Source of the DNA: Candidatus Uhrbacteria bacterium
GTDB lineage: Bacteria > Patescibacteriota > Patescibacteriia > UBA9934 > GWF2-40-263
Assembly (NCBI GenBank): GCA_016188475.1
Contig: JACPHT010000007.1
Span: 80,467-144,466 of the forward strand
Direction of reading: 5' to 3'
DNA length: 64,000 nucleotides
The number at the start of each line of letters is the position of its first letter. Position 1 is the stretch's first letter. Made by a program: the position numbers and the translations under genes. Below the pieces are notes generated by a model. That model was not told the origin of the DNA. It did not search any database and saw only the letters and a list, made by a program, of their open reading frames with translations. Below, piece by piece: positions 1-8,971 of the stretch.

Positions 1-32
1 TTTAAAGAGTAAAGTAAAAAGACTTCCTCTCG

Positions 33-113
33 TCATTGCGAGTCAGGCCTAAAGGCCTGACGAAGCAATCTCTGTCTTAACAGATTGCTTCGTCGTCCGA
101 CTCCTCGCAATGA
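33..113. mobile_element. MITE-like element, family B (81 bp; TIRs tcattgcgag/ctcgcaatga; internal palindrome gaagcaatct..agattgcttc)
   Basis: The terminal inverted repeats and internal palindrome recur at 10520-10714 with the same end sequences. Confidence 0.5.
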
Positions 114-125
114 CAAAAAAAATTT

Positions 126-1862
126 ATGGATATTCATAATGAAATCAAAAAAGGAATTGCGTGCGATTCTGTTAACAAACCGCATTCGGCAGTTGGCCGA
201 GCGGTTTGTATTTCAGTCCATCCTGGTAAAATGTTCCTGTTGCCTTTCTTGCATTGGTTCAACACGAGATATAAAGGACGTTACAAATTTGCGCGTCTTG
301 TTTTTTTACTAGATTTATTCTTGATCGGAATCGCTGTCGCGCTCGCGATTGTCTCAATTATAGGATTTTTATTTGTTCCAAAAAGTTTTGAAGATGGAAT
401 TGTATTTGAATCATCTGTCGCGCCAACAGAAGTTGTTTCTGGTTCACCTTCAACACTTATAATTCGATATACAAACAAAACAAAAGAAGAACTTCGAAAT
501 GCGAAAGTTGAAATTAAATATCCAAAATATTTCCTCTTGCAAGAAACTTCTCCGGAAGAAATTGGCATAATTCCAATCGGTGGATCAGGAACAATTCATA
601 TAAAAGGGACAATGTTTGGAGATGTTGGAGGTGAACAAACTTTTCAAACACGTTTGTCATTTGTTCATGGAGAAAAATTTGATGTGTTTGGAGAGAAAAC
701 CGACACTTACGTCTTTTCGCCTTCAAGTTCCGCGCTTTCACTTTCACTTGAATTGCCAGACAAAATGGTCGCTTATCAACCAATTGAAGGAATCATTCAC
801 TACAAAAATACAAGCGAAATTAATTTTCCAAAAATCAGCATTAAACCAATTTGGCCAAAAGAATTTATTTTCACAAAAGGACAATTCGAGGTGCCGACAG
901 TAAAAAGTGGTGAAAAAGGAGAGGTAAAATTCGAAGGGATTTTACAAAACCCTCAAGACGAAATAACTTTTATTTTTGAACCATCATTCACTTTTGGAAA
1001 AGACAAATATAAACAAGAAACACTACAACATACAGCGCCAATTATTCCGCTTCCTTTGACTTTGAATCATAGTGTTGAAAAACAAACCGTTCGTCCTGGA
1101 GAAGATATAAAATTTACAATTCAATACGAAAACATTTCCGATGTGGAACTTTCAAATGTTTCTTTCACAATGGACGCGCAAAGTCCGTTTGTGAAAAAAT
1201 CTTCTGTTGTTTCACGCGAAAAAATCGCTCCAAAAGAAACCGGGACTGTTGAGATAACTACAACACTCCGAAAAACAATCGCTCAAAGCGAAACAAGTGT
1301 TTATGAAAATTTGAAAATACCAAGCCGACCAACAGCGACTTATACAATAAAAGAAGATGTGGAATCGACCGTGACGTCAAAAGGCGCGACAATCGAGTCT
1401 CAACTTACAACTCCGATAATTTTCGATTCTTTTGCTCGCTACACAACTGCAACCGGTGACCAAATCGGACGTGGACCAATTCCGCCACAATCCGGCAAAG
1501 AAACAACGTATTGGATTTTCTGGCATGTAAGCGGAACAACAAACGAACTTTCAAACGTCGAAATCACTGGAATATTGCCAGCAAATGTTAGATTTACAGG
1601 ACGACAAACAGTGTCCCAAAACAAAGGTGTTGAATACGATCCAAACACAAGAGAAATTAGCTGGAAATCAGATTCTGTTATGCCAACACTCTCCCCAACA
1701 AGCAAAATCGTGGGCATTGCTTTTGAACTCGGTGTAACGCCGACTGTGGATAATTTAACCCATGAATTATTGGGCCAAATTCAGCTAAATGCCACAGACG
1801 GATGGACTGGAGCTATAATAAACACTTCAAAACCTGATATTTCAGCTCTTTTAACAAAATAA
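126..1862 (+). CDS. hypothetical membrane-anchored protein with repeated beta-sandwich (DUF11/CARDB-like) segments; start may be the ATG at 231
   Basis: Long ORF with one N-terminal TM helix (LVFLLDLFLIGIAVALAIVSIIGFLFV) and repetitive Thr/Ser/Val-rich segments. No Shine-Dalgarno sequence is evident upstream. Confidence 0.55.
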   Translation: MDIHNEIKKGIACDSVNKPHSAVGRAVCISVHPGKMFLLPFLHWFNTRYKGRYKFARLVFLLDLFLIGIAVALAIVSIIGFLFVPKSFEDGIVFESSVAPTEVVSGSPSTLIIRYTNKTKEELRNAKVEIKYPKYFLLQETSPEEIGIIPIGGSGTIHIKGTMFGDVGGEQTFQTRLSFVHGEKFDVFGEKTDTYVFSPSSSALSLSLELPDKMVAYQPIEGIIHYKNTSEINFPKISIKPIWPKEFIFTKGQFEVPTVKSGEKGEVKFEGILQNPQDEITFIFEPSFTFGKDKYKQETLQHTAPIIPLPLTLNHSVEKQTVRPGEDIKFTIQYENISDVELSNVSFTMDAQSPFVKKSSVVSREKIAPKETGTVEITTTLRKTIAQSETSVYENLKIPSRPTATYTIKEDVESTVTSKGATIESQLTTPIIFDSFARYTTATGDQIGRGPIPPQSGKETTYWIFWHVSGTTNELSNVEITGILPANVRFTGRQTVSQNKGVEYDPNTREISWKSDSVMPTLSPTSKIVGIAFELGVTPTVDNLTHELLGQIQLNATDGWTGAIINTSKPDISALLTK

Positions 1863-1897
1863 AACATAAAGGGTATCCAAATAACAGGCTTTTCTGT

Positions 1898-1922
1898 CAT
1901 CTCGCTACCAGGTAGCGAGATG
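1898..1922. repeat. palindrome D (catctcgctacc-a-ggtagcgagatg), copy 1 of 4
   Basis: 12-bp perfect inverted repeat. The same core tctcgctaccWggtagcgaga recurs at 12414, 12536 and 31873. Confidence 0.7.
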
Positions 1923-2065
1923 AGGCCATTGACAAAAAGCCTGTTTTTTGTTATCGTTTTGGGTCAATTTGAAGGGTGGCCGTTAGCTGTTAGCCGCTAG
2001 CCGTTAGTGCGGAATACTCGTTTCCAGAGCTAAAGGCTAAGGGCTAAGAGCTATATTTTCCCAGT

Positions 2066-3220
2066 ATGAAAATCGCAATGATTGGACAAAAAGGCATCCC
2101 GGCTCGGGCTGGTGGAATTGAGCGTCACGTTGAAGAGCTCTCCGCTGAACTTGCCGCGCGCGGACATGAAGTCCTCGTATTTTGTCGTTCGTGGTATGTC
2201 TGGCCAATTCGAAATCATCGCGGAGTTCGATGTATAAAAGCGCCAACAATTTCCACAAAACACTTGGACGCGATTGTTCACACATTTTTTTCTATTATCA
2301 AAGCCGCGCGTGAAAAGGTTGATATTTTTCATATCCACGGAGTTGGTCCATCTATTCTCTGTTGGCTTCCAAAACTTCTTCGTCCATCAGCGAGTGTGAT
2401 TGTAACTTTTCACAGTATTGACCGCCACAATGAAAAATGGGGATGGTTCGCGCGACAAATGCTTTCACTTGGTGAACGCATGGCTGTCACATTTCCAGAT
2501 GCAACAATCGCTGTTTCTAAAACCCTTGAAGCATATTGCAGAATGTCTCATGGCATTAATGCAAAGTATATTCCAAACGGCGCGCAGATTCCGCAAGCAG
2601 ACGCTGACTCAACAATTGTCACGGCTTTCGGTTTGGAACCAGGAAAATATCTGATGATGTGTTCACGCTTGATTCGTCTGAAAGCCGCGCACACGCTTAT
2701 GGACGCGTGGAAACAACTTCGTTCAGAACGTCCTGATCTCACATCAAATTTCAAACTTGCGATTGTCGGCGGGAGCGCGCGAACTGATGATTATGTCAGA
2801 TCGCTTTGTAACATGGCGCGAACTGATAATTCGATTGTTATGACAGGAACACAAACAGGTTCAACACTGCACGCGCTATTTCTCAATAGCTACGCTTGTG
2901 TGCACCCTTCTGAAGTTGAAGGGCTTCCAATCGCGGTGCTTGAAGGAATGAGCTATGGAAAATGCGTTCTTGGTTCTGATATTCCAGGAAACATGGAACT
3001 TCTTGAACAACATGGATTGACATTTATTCGAGGAAACGTTCAAAATCTAAAAACAAAAATTGTGTATATGCTCGAGCATCCGGAAGAAATCCGAGGGATC
3101 GGAAAACTTTCTCGAGAACACATTGCTAAACACTATGATTGGAAAGATATCGCTGAAACAACTGAATATCTATACGAACTTGTCCAACTTGAACCGGAAT
3201 TGAAAAACGCGAAAGCATAA
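2066..3220 (+). CDS. family 4 (GT4) glycosyltransferase
   Basis: N-terminal MKIAMIGQKGIPARAGGIERHVEEL and C-terminal EX7E motif (EVEGLPIAVLEGMSYGKCV), typical of GT-B fold group-1 transferases. Confidence 0.85.
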   Translation: MKIAMIGQKGIPARAGGIERHVEELSAELAARGHEVLVFCRSWYVWPIRNHRGVRCIKAPTISTKHLDAIVHTFFSIIKAAREKVDIFHIHGVGPSILCWLPKLLRPSASVIVTFHSIDRHNEKWGWFARQMLSLGERMAVTFPDATIAVSKTLEAYCRMSHGINAKYIPNGAQIPQADADSTIVTAFGLEPGKYLMMCSRLIRLKAAHTLMDAWKQLRSERPDLTSNFKLAIVGGSARTDDYVRSLCNMARTDNSIVMTGTQTGSTLHALFLNSYACVHPSEVEGLPIAVLEGMSYGKCVLGSDIPGNMELLEQHGLTFIRGNVQNLKTKIVYMLEHPEEIRGIGKLSREHIAKHYDWKDIAETTEYLYELVQLEPELKNAKA

Positions 3221-3223
3221 AAA

Positions 3224-3258
3224 CTCCTGCTGAAAAAGCGGGAGTTTTTGTTTTCTTT
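3224..3258 (+). terminator. rho-independent terminator (ctcctgc-tgaaaaa-gcgggag + T-run)
   Basis: GC hairpin followed by tttttgtttt directly after the GT4 stop codon. An identical 40-bp module is repeated at 3531-3573. Confidence 0.75.
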
Positions 3259-3291
3259 ACAAAGAAATAAATTGATTTATAATGTCTTTGT

Positions 3292-3537
3292 ATGAATGAT
3301 GTAACAACAAATGAAGTTATTGATTTCCTAAAGGAACATATGATGATGAAGGAGGAAGTCGAAACAATAATTGAAGAAAAGTTGCAGGCAACGGAATCGC
3401 GAATACTTTCTTCTGTTGATCGTTTTGCTAAACTACACGAAACACTTGATCAAGAATTGGTGATGATGAGAAGTCAATATAATCGGCTTGAAGAACACCT
3501 TGAAATCGTGGAACAAAAACTCGGTATCCCAGCATAA
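3292..3537 (+). CDS. small hypothetical coiled-coil protein (81 aa)
   Basis: ORF bracketed by two identical terminator modules. Charged heptad-like sequence. No recognisable homology. Confidence 0.35.
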   Translation: MNDVTTNEVIDFLKEHMMMKEEVETIIEEKLQATESRILSSVDRFAKLHETLDQELVMMRSQYNRLEEHLEIVEQKLGIPA

Positions 3538-3571
3538 AAACTCCTGCTGAAAAAGCGGGAGTTTTTGTTTT
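3537..3571 (+). terminator. rho-independent terminator, exact duplicate of the 3224-3258 module
   Basis: gcataaaaactcctgctgaaaaagcgggagtttttgtttt occurs twice (3219-3262 and 3531-3573). Confidence 0.7.
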
Positions 3572-3592
3572 GCTATGAATTACGAAACGTCG

Positions 3593-3756
3593 TTATTCCC
3601 TGAGCTTGTCGAAGGGAGTCGAGGAGGAGTAAAGAAGCCAACCGCTTGGCTTCGTACCTCTAAGACGGGTTGGACGATGTCTGGCTGAAAGCCAGACCGT
3701 ACAACGCCAACGACGAAAAGCTTAAAATTTATTCCTTCGACAGGCTCAGGAGATAA
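3593..3756. mobile_element. MITE-like element family A, long form (~165 bp)
   Basis: TIRs ttattccctgagcttgtcgaaggg / ccttcgacaggctcagg. Internal hairpins gaagccaaccgcttggcttc and gtctggctgaaagccagac. Near-identical copy at 26292-26456. Confidence 0.75.
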
Positions 3757-3774
3757 ATTTTTTAATTTCGTAGT

Positions 3775-4992
3775 TCACAGCCACTTTACTACTTCCCTAT
3801 AAATCCCCATCAGTCGACGGTAATGTTCGTCCAACCTAAATTTTTGTTCAACAGTTTGCCGTGCGGCGCACGACATTTGTTTTTGCAAATTCGAATCGTG
3901 AAACAATCTAATCACTGCTTCAGCCCAGCCATGCAAATGAGTCGGCTGAACTAAAAATCCGTTCACTCGATCTTCAACAATTTCCGAAACTCCTCCAACA
4001 TCGCTTGCGATAACTGGCTTGCCATATGACATAGCCTCAAGCGCAACAAGCGGAAATACTTCGTGCATTCGTGAAGGAATCAAAACAGCACATGCCTTTT
4101 CATAAATCTGACGTAACTCGTCTCCAGTTCTAAATCCCAAAAAGTGAACATTGGGAGCGTCGAGCGCCAAATTGTGAAGATATTCCATTTGCGGACCGCG
4201 ACCTACGATATTGAATGAAATGTCAGGAAGCAACTTCGCAATATGAATGATCGTATCTATTCCCTTTTCTTCACTTAACCGCCCAACAAAAAGAAACGAA
4301 CCATCGTGTGCAAAAACTGGTTGTACTCTGCTCGCATCAATGCCGTAGTGATTCACGCGTATTTTCTCGCTTGAAAATCCTCTAAGTATCATCTGACGTT
4401 TAATATAAGCAGATGGAGCAATAAAAATTGCCACGTGTTTTTCGTAGATTCGCAACAAACGATGAAACTTATACACCGCCGTTTGCGCGAATGAAGCCAA
4501 CATTGAATTTTTGTGAAAACGCGAAAACGTACCGCGCACAATTCCAACATTTCTAAAATCTTTTCCGCAACCTTCAGCCCAAATTCCGTATTGAGGTGAA
4601 ATCAAATGATGATCGTGCACTGTCATAACAACTGGAATTTTTTGATCTGAAAGCGTGTGTAAAATTGACGGAGAAATTTGGGTATAGATGTTGTGAATAT
4701 GACAAAGATCTGGTTTTTCATTTGCAATAAGTTCTGCTAGTTTTCGTCGAGCTGAAAGCGAATAAAACATGTGGCCAAAAGTGTGAAGACCATTCAAGTC
4801 CAATGTCACGTTTTCAGTTTGCACTTCAGATGGGAAATATTTCTCAAACGGAGTTTCGATATTTTCCGGATACTTCATAGCAAACGGGATCACCGTATGT
4901 CCTTGTTCTTCAAGCCAACTCGAAAGAGAGAGCATGTAAATTTCAGCTCCTCCGCGAGGATAATAAAATTTGTTGGCTTGGATAATTTTCAT
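3775..4992 (-). CDS. family 4 (GT4) glycosyltransferase
   Basis: EX7E motif EVFPLVALEAMSYGKPVIASDVGG; GT-B N-terminal Rossmann segment. Confidence 0.85.
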   Translation of the reverse strand: MKIIQANKFYYPRGGAEIYMLSLSSWLEEQGHTVIPFAMKYPENIETPFEKYFPSEVQTENVTLDLNGLHTFGHMFYSLSARRKLAELIANEKPDLCHIHNIYTQISPSILHTLSDQKIPVVMTVHDHHLISPQYGIWAEGCGKDFRNVGIVRGTFSRFHKNSMLASFAQTAVYKFHRLLRIYEKHVAIFIAPSAYIKRQMILRGFSSEKIRVNHYGIDASRVQPVFAHDGSFLFVGRLSEEKGIDTIIHIAKLLPDISFNIVGRGPQMEYLHNLALDAPNVHFLGFRTGDELRQIYEKACAVLIPSRMHEVFPLVALEAMSYGKPVIASDVGGVSEIVEDRVNGFLVQPTHLHGWAEAVIRLFHDSNLQKQMSCAARQTVEQKFRLDEHYRRLMGIYREVVKWL

Positions 4993-5004
4993 ATTCTGCC
5001 ACGG

Positions 5005-6537
5005 CTAAAGCCGTAGGCTACTACTCTTAAAGCTATAAACTATTCCGCCGTAAAGCCACAAATAAAATGCCAAAGTTCGAATCTCAAAAATCGTGGAAGT
5101 AAACGCGTTAAACGCAACTCCAAGCATTATCGCGGCAAAACCGATTGCCAAGCCTTTCACATATTCATCGTTTGACGTGCGATAAATCAAAAGCGCTTTG
5201 CGAAATAACGCGATGTAAAGCCAAAGATAAAATACGATCCCAAGTGTGCCAGCCTCTCCCCAGAGTGAAAACCAGTTGTTGTCAATAAATCCTCCTGTTC
5301 CATAAACACCAAACGGGAGTCCAAGCTGATCATAAACACTTGTATTGTGAAGCGCGGCAACTGCCCCTCCTCCAAACTGCCCTGGTCCCCAGCCTAAAAT
5401 TGGTGAAGTAGCAACAACCGATGTTGGTGTATGAACATACCAAAACACTCTGCCTAATCCGTAGTATTCTCCTCTCCAGCGAGAATAACTAAACACTTCA
5501 AAAAATCTTTCTGGAAGTGTTTGACCAGGAACATCCGCAAGAAAACCGACTGTAAGCCCAGAAGCGGCAAGATAGCCAAGCACAATAAATATCGAAGCCA
5601 AAAGTCCTGCGAGAACTTTTTTGTCTCTCTTGATTATCAAACCAATAAACAAAAATCCGATTAAAAACGCAAACCATGACGAGCGCGAATAAGTCATGAC
5701 AAGAGCTGGAATACCAAGCGCGAACACCCACCAAACAATCGGTGGAATTTTGTTTGCGCGTTTGGTCATTGTGAAAAAAAATCCACTCGCGAGAATCAAA
5801 AAGAAATACAAATAATTTCCAAGACGATCATAACGCCCAAGCGTTGAAAACACGCGCGAGCCAGGATCCCAAAATTGTTCAACACCTTCTGTCAAAGTAA
5901 TCTCACCAAATGTTTTGCTGTCAGACGGCAGTAAAAGTTGATCAAGTGTTTCGCCTGCGAAAGATTGAACAATGCCAAGCGCTGATTGAAACAAAACGAT
6001 CGCAAACAAAACGATCGTCAATTTTTTTACGAACGATTTTGATGGCTGTAAATATACGACAAGAAAAAACACAAGCATGAAGCGAAGAATCTGACGAAGA
6101 CCAAGAAACGCGATCGGTAAAGGAACAAAATGAATCGCTGCCGCGGCAATGAGTGACAAAACAAATAAAATGAACGGTGCGTCAAGTGTTGTTTTTTTTA
6201 TGTGAATTTCACCGCGTAAAATTTTTATTAAAACAACAAACGCGACAAGATAAATCAAACCCTCGGAAAAATATCGCGCGAAAACGTAAATGTTGTCTGG
6301 AATGAATTTGAGAATGAAAGATTCAAACGGAAGATACGCGGCCAAAAACCCAAGTGTGAATAAAGGACGAACAAAAGTTACAATCACGACAATAATTAAA
6401 AATAAAAATGCGATAGCAAAAGAAGCGGAAAAAAAAGTTTGGATCAAAAGAAAAAAAGCAAGCAAACAAAACAAAGCGATTACTGCGCGTCTAGTTTGTT
6501 CTTCAGACTTAAAATAAATAGTTCGAAGGTTGAGCAT
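5005..6537 (-). CDS. O-antigen ligase/polymerase-like (Wzy_C family) polytopic membrane protein
   Basis: Roughly 10-12 TM helices plus the YSRSSWFAFLIGFL loop region typical of the O-antigen ligase family. Sits next to GT4 genes. Confidence 0.6.
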   Translation of the reverse strand: MLNLRTIYFKSEEQTRRAVIALFCLLAFFLLIQTFFSASFAIAFLFLIIVVIVTFVRPLFTLGFLAAYLPFESFILKFIPDNIYVFARYFSEGLIYLVAFVVLIKILRGEIHIKKTTLDAPFILFVLSLIAAAAIHFVPLPIAFLGLRQILRFMLVFFLVVYLQPSKSFVKKLTIVLFAIVLFQSALGIVQSFAGETLDQLLLPSDSKTFGEITLTEGVEQFWDPGSRVFSTLGRYDRLGNYLYFFLILASGFFFTMTKRANKIPPIVWWVFALGIPALVMTYSRSSWFAFLIGFLFIGLIIKRDKKVLAGLLASIFIVLGYLAASGLTVGFLADVPGQTLPERFFEVFSYSRWRGEYYGLGRVFWYVHTPTSVVATSPILGWGPGQFGGGAVAALHNTSVYDQLGLPFGVYGTGGFIDNNWFSLWGEAGTLGIVFYLWLYIALFRKALLIYRTSNDEYVKGLAIGFAAIMLGVAFNAFTSTIFEIRTLAFYLWLYGGIVYSFKSSSLRL

Positions 6538-6603
6538 GATAATAGTATAACAAAAATCCGGCTGTTCAGCAGTTCGCTGATACAGCCGGTGAGTTGATAG
6601 TCG

Positions 6604-8679
6604 CTACGGAGCGACACAGACGAACTTGACAGTCACAGTCTGGGACGTCTTCGCGTCGAGCGAAATGAAGTCTTCGCCGACCACGCCGCCAGAGACTGAT
6701 GCAGTTCCGTATGCGGCACACGTGCCGTCGAGTCCTGCCGCTTCGTTGTATGCAGTCACCTTTGACGTGCCGTCGACCGGTTCGCATGAAGTGTGTAGGC
6801 GCGCCGCAATCGTTCCGGTCCCGCTTGTCAGAATCTGGAGCGAGAACTTCGTTCCAGCCGCCGCGTCAGGCACGACCACGACTTCCGAACCCGAGAACGT
6901 TGTCTTGAGAGTTTTCGCGCCAGTGTTCGTCCAGCACTGATACGAGTCGATCGAGTTGGCCGCGTTGGGTTCCGTTGCCATGTCGATCTCTGTCTCGACA
7001 CCGCACGGAATTTTAAGCGCGTTCGCGCACGAGTCGCAGGCCGGAGTAACTCCGTCCGCGAGGAACTCTGTGTCGCCGTCGCAGTTGTCATCGTACGGCG
7101 TTATACAGACTTCCTCGACGTCAGGATTAACCTCAGAGTTGTCGTCATCGCAATCGCCGTACGCGCACGCGGCTCCATCTCCGTAGAACATGTCCGTGTC
7201 GCAGTATCCATCAGCGTCGTCGTCGCATCCCTCGTCGGTTTCCCCGTTGCAGTCGTTGTCGACTCCATCGCAGACTTCGAGCCCTTCAGGACTGATGCTG
7301 GCGTTTGCATCATTGCAATCGCCTTCATCGCACGCGGCGCCTGAACCTACGTTCAGATTGTCGTCGCAGTATCCATCAGCGTCGTCGTCGCATCCCTCGT
7401 CAGTCACACCATCGCAAGTGTCGTCCTTGCCATTGCAGACTTCGGAGTTGAGCTTCTTCGTGAGGTCTTCCTCTGCCGAGCAAACAGCAGACGACCCGTC
7501 AGCGGAGCAAGTGTTATAAGTCCCAGAGACCTTACAGACCCCCACTCCGTCCGAACATGCGTCGCCGAGGCCGAAGCCCTCGTCCACCTCGCCGTCGCAG
7601 TCGTTGTCCACATAGTCGCACATCTCCACTGCGTCCGGAGAAATATCCGAGTTCGTGTCATCGCAGTCACTTGCTGTGCACGTCGCGCCAGCTCCAACGG
7701 TCATAGTGCTGTCGCACCAGCCGTCGAGATCGTCGTCGCAGTCTTCGTCGATCGCGCCGTCGCAGTCGTTGTCGACTCCGTCACAGATTTCCGTGACATT
7801 CATGCCGACTTCGTCGCACTCGACTCCGAGCCCGTCAGCAGTGCACACGACAACGCCGTTTTCGCAGAAGTCCGCGTCAACGTCGTCGCAGGCAGATCCG
7901 AGCGTCGGAAAGTCTTCGTCAGCCGCTCCGTCGCAGTCATCGTCCGCGCCATTGCATGTTTCAGCTATGTTCTCGACGCTTTCATTCAAGCACTCTGTCT
8001 CGAGCTGGGAATCGGAGCACGTGAGCGTTCCGTTCTCGCACGAATCCGAATCTGCTCCATCGCACGCGACGCCCAGATCGAACGTCTCGTCAGTGTCGCC
8101 GTCGCAGTCGTTGTCCATGTCGTCGCACAACTCTGTCGACGCCTTTGTCATGTCCGCTTCGGCCGTGCATAGACAGGAATTAAATTTGCAATAGTTGACT
8201 CCCTTGTCTTCGCATGGTGTACCTTCCATGACGGTGCAATCAGCGTAGGCAAAGAAGCAAATTCCTCCCAGATCGGACTTATCGCTCGCTTCTGTAGTGA
8301 TACACGTCGGATCGAGATTGTCATTATCTGGATTCACAGCGTCGCACTCTTCGTCATTGGCACACTGAACGTATGCGCACGCCTTGATCGCATCCTCGCC
8401 GAGCTCCGGGTAGGTACATCCATCGTCCGACTCGTAGTAGTGGCAGAATCCATCGGGGTCGCAGATGAGGCGTTGACCAGGACCATACGCATTGCACGTA
8501 GGATCGTCCGGACCAGTGCATTCCTGCGGATCGCCGGTTTCCGGATCTATCTTGAGGGCGCTGTTGCTCGCTGAGAGTCCGGTGGATCCGGAACCTCCCG
8601 TGTTGGAATTGCTGGAATCGCATCCTGCCAAAGCCGAGATGCACCCTAGAACGAACAGGAACAAGAACAGGTTTCTCAT
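6604..8679 (-). CDS. secreted lipoprotein with many MopE-type putative metal-binding Cys/Asp repeats (CxDxDNDCDGxxDE)
   Basis: Lipobox MRNLFLFLFVLGCISALAGC. At least 8 repeats such as CDDTNSDISPDAVEMCDYVDNDCDGEVDEG. ~62% GC; strong SD aagaggag before the ATG. Confidence 0.8.
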   Translation of the reverse strand: MRNLFLFLFVLGCISALAGCDSSNSNTGGSGSTGLSASNSALKIDPETGDPQECTGPDDPTCNAYGPGQRLICDPDGFCHYYESDDGCTYPELGEDAIKACAYVQCANDEECDAVNPDNDNLDPTCITTEASDKSDLGGICFFAYADCTVMEGTPCEDKGVNYCKFNSCLCTAEADMTKASTELCDDMDNDCDGDTDETFDLGVACDGADSDSCENGTLTCSDSQLETECLNESVENIAETCNGADDDCDGAADEDFPTLGSACDDVDADFCENGVVVCTADGLGVECDEVGMNVTEICDGVDNDCDGAIDEDCDDDLDGWCDSTMTVGAGATCTASDCDDTNSDISPDAVEMCDYVDNDCDGEVDEGFGLGDACSDGVGVCKVSGTYNTCSADGSSAVCSAEEDLTKKLNSEVCNGKDDTCDGVTDEGCDDDADGYCDDNLNVGSGAACDEGDCNDANASISPEGLEVCDGVDNDCNGETDEGCDDDADGYCDTDMFYGDGAACAYGDCDDDNSEVNPDVEEVCITPYDDNCDGDTEFLADGVTPACDSCANALKIPCGVETEIDMATEPNAANSIDSYQCWTNTGAKTLKTTFSGSEVVVVPDAAAGTKFSLQILTSGTGTIAARLHTSCEPVDGTSKVTAYNEAAGLDGTCAAYGTASVSGGVVGEDFISLDAKTSQTVTVKFVCVAP

Positions 8680-8772
8680 CGCTCACTCCTCTTTGAAGAA
8701 CTATGCGGAAACCACGGCCGCACACCGCTCGGAGAGACTGATCAACCCCGACAATAATTCGTATTAATATCG

Positions 8773-8846
8773 TTATTCCCTGAGCCTGTCGAAGGGATAA
8801 CGACTATACTTATTAAATTTATTCCTTCGACAGGCTCAGGAAATAA
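8773..8846. mobile_element. MITE-like element family A, short form
   Basis: ttattccctgagcctgtcgaaggg ... ccttcgacaggctcaggaaataa inverted pair. Confidence 0.75.
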
Positions 8847-8971
8847 ATTTCACAGTATCTTTAGAAGGAAAATACGTTCTATTGCCGAAATTGTTCGTCT
8901 CAAAAAAATGGGACGGGCGCGAGAGAGGAAGTTAGCACATCCCCCGCGCCTCGTCCAGAGAAAGAAAGAAC

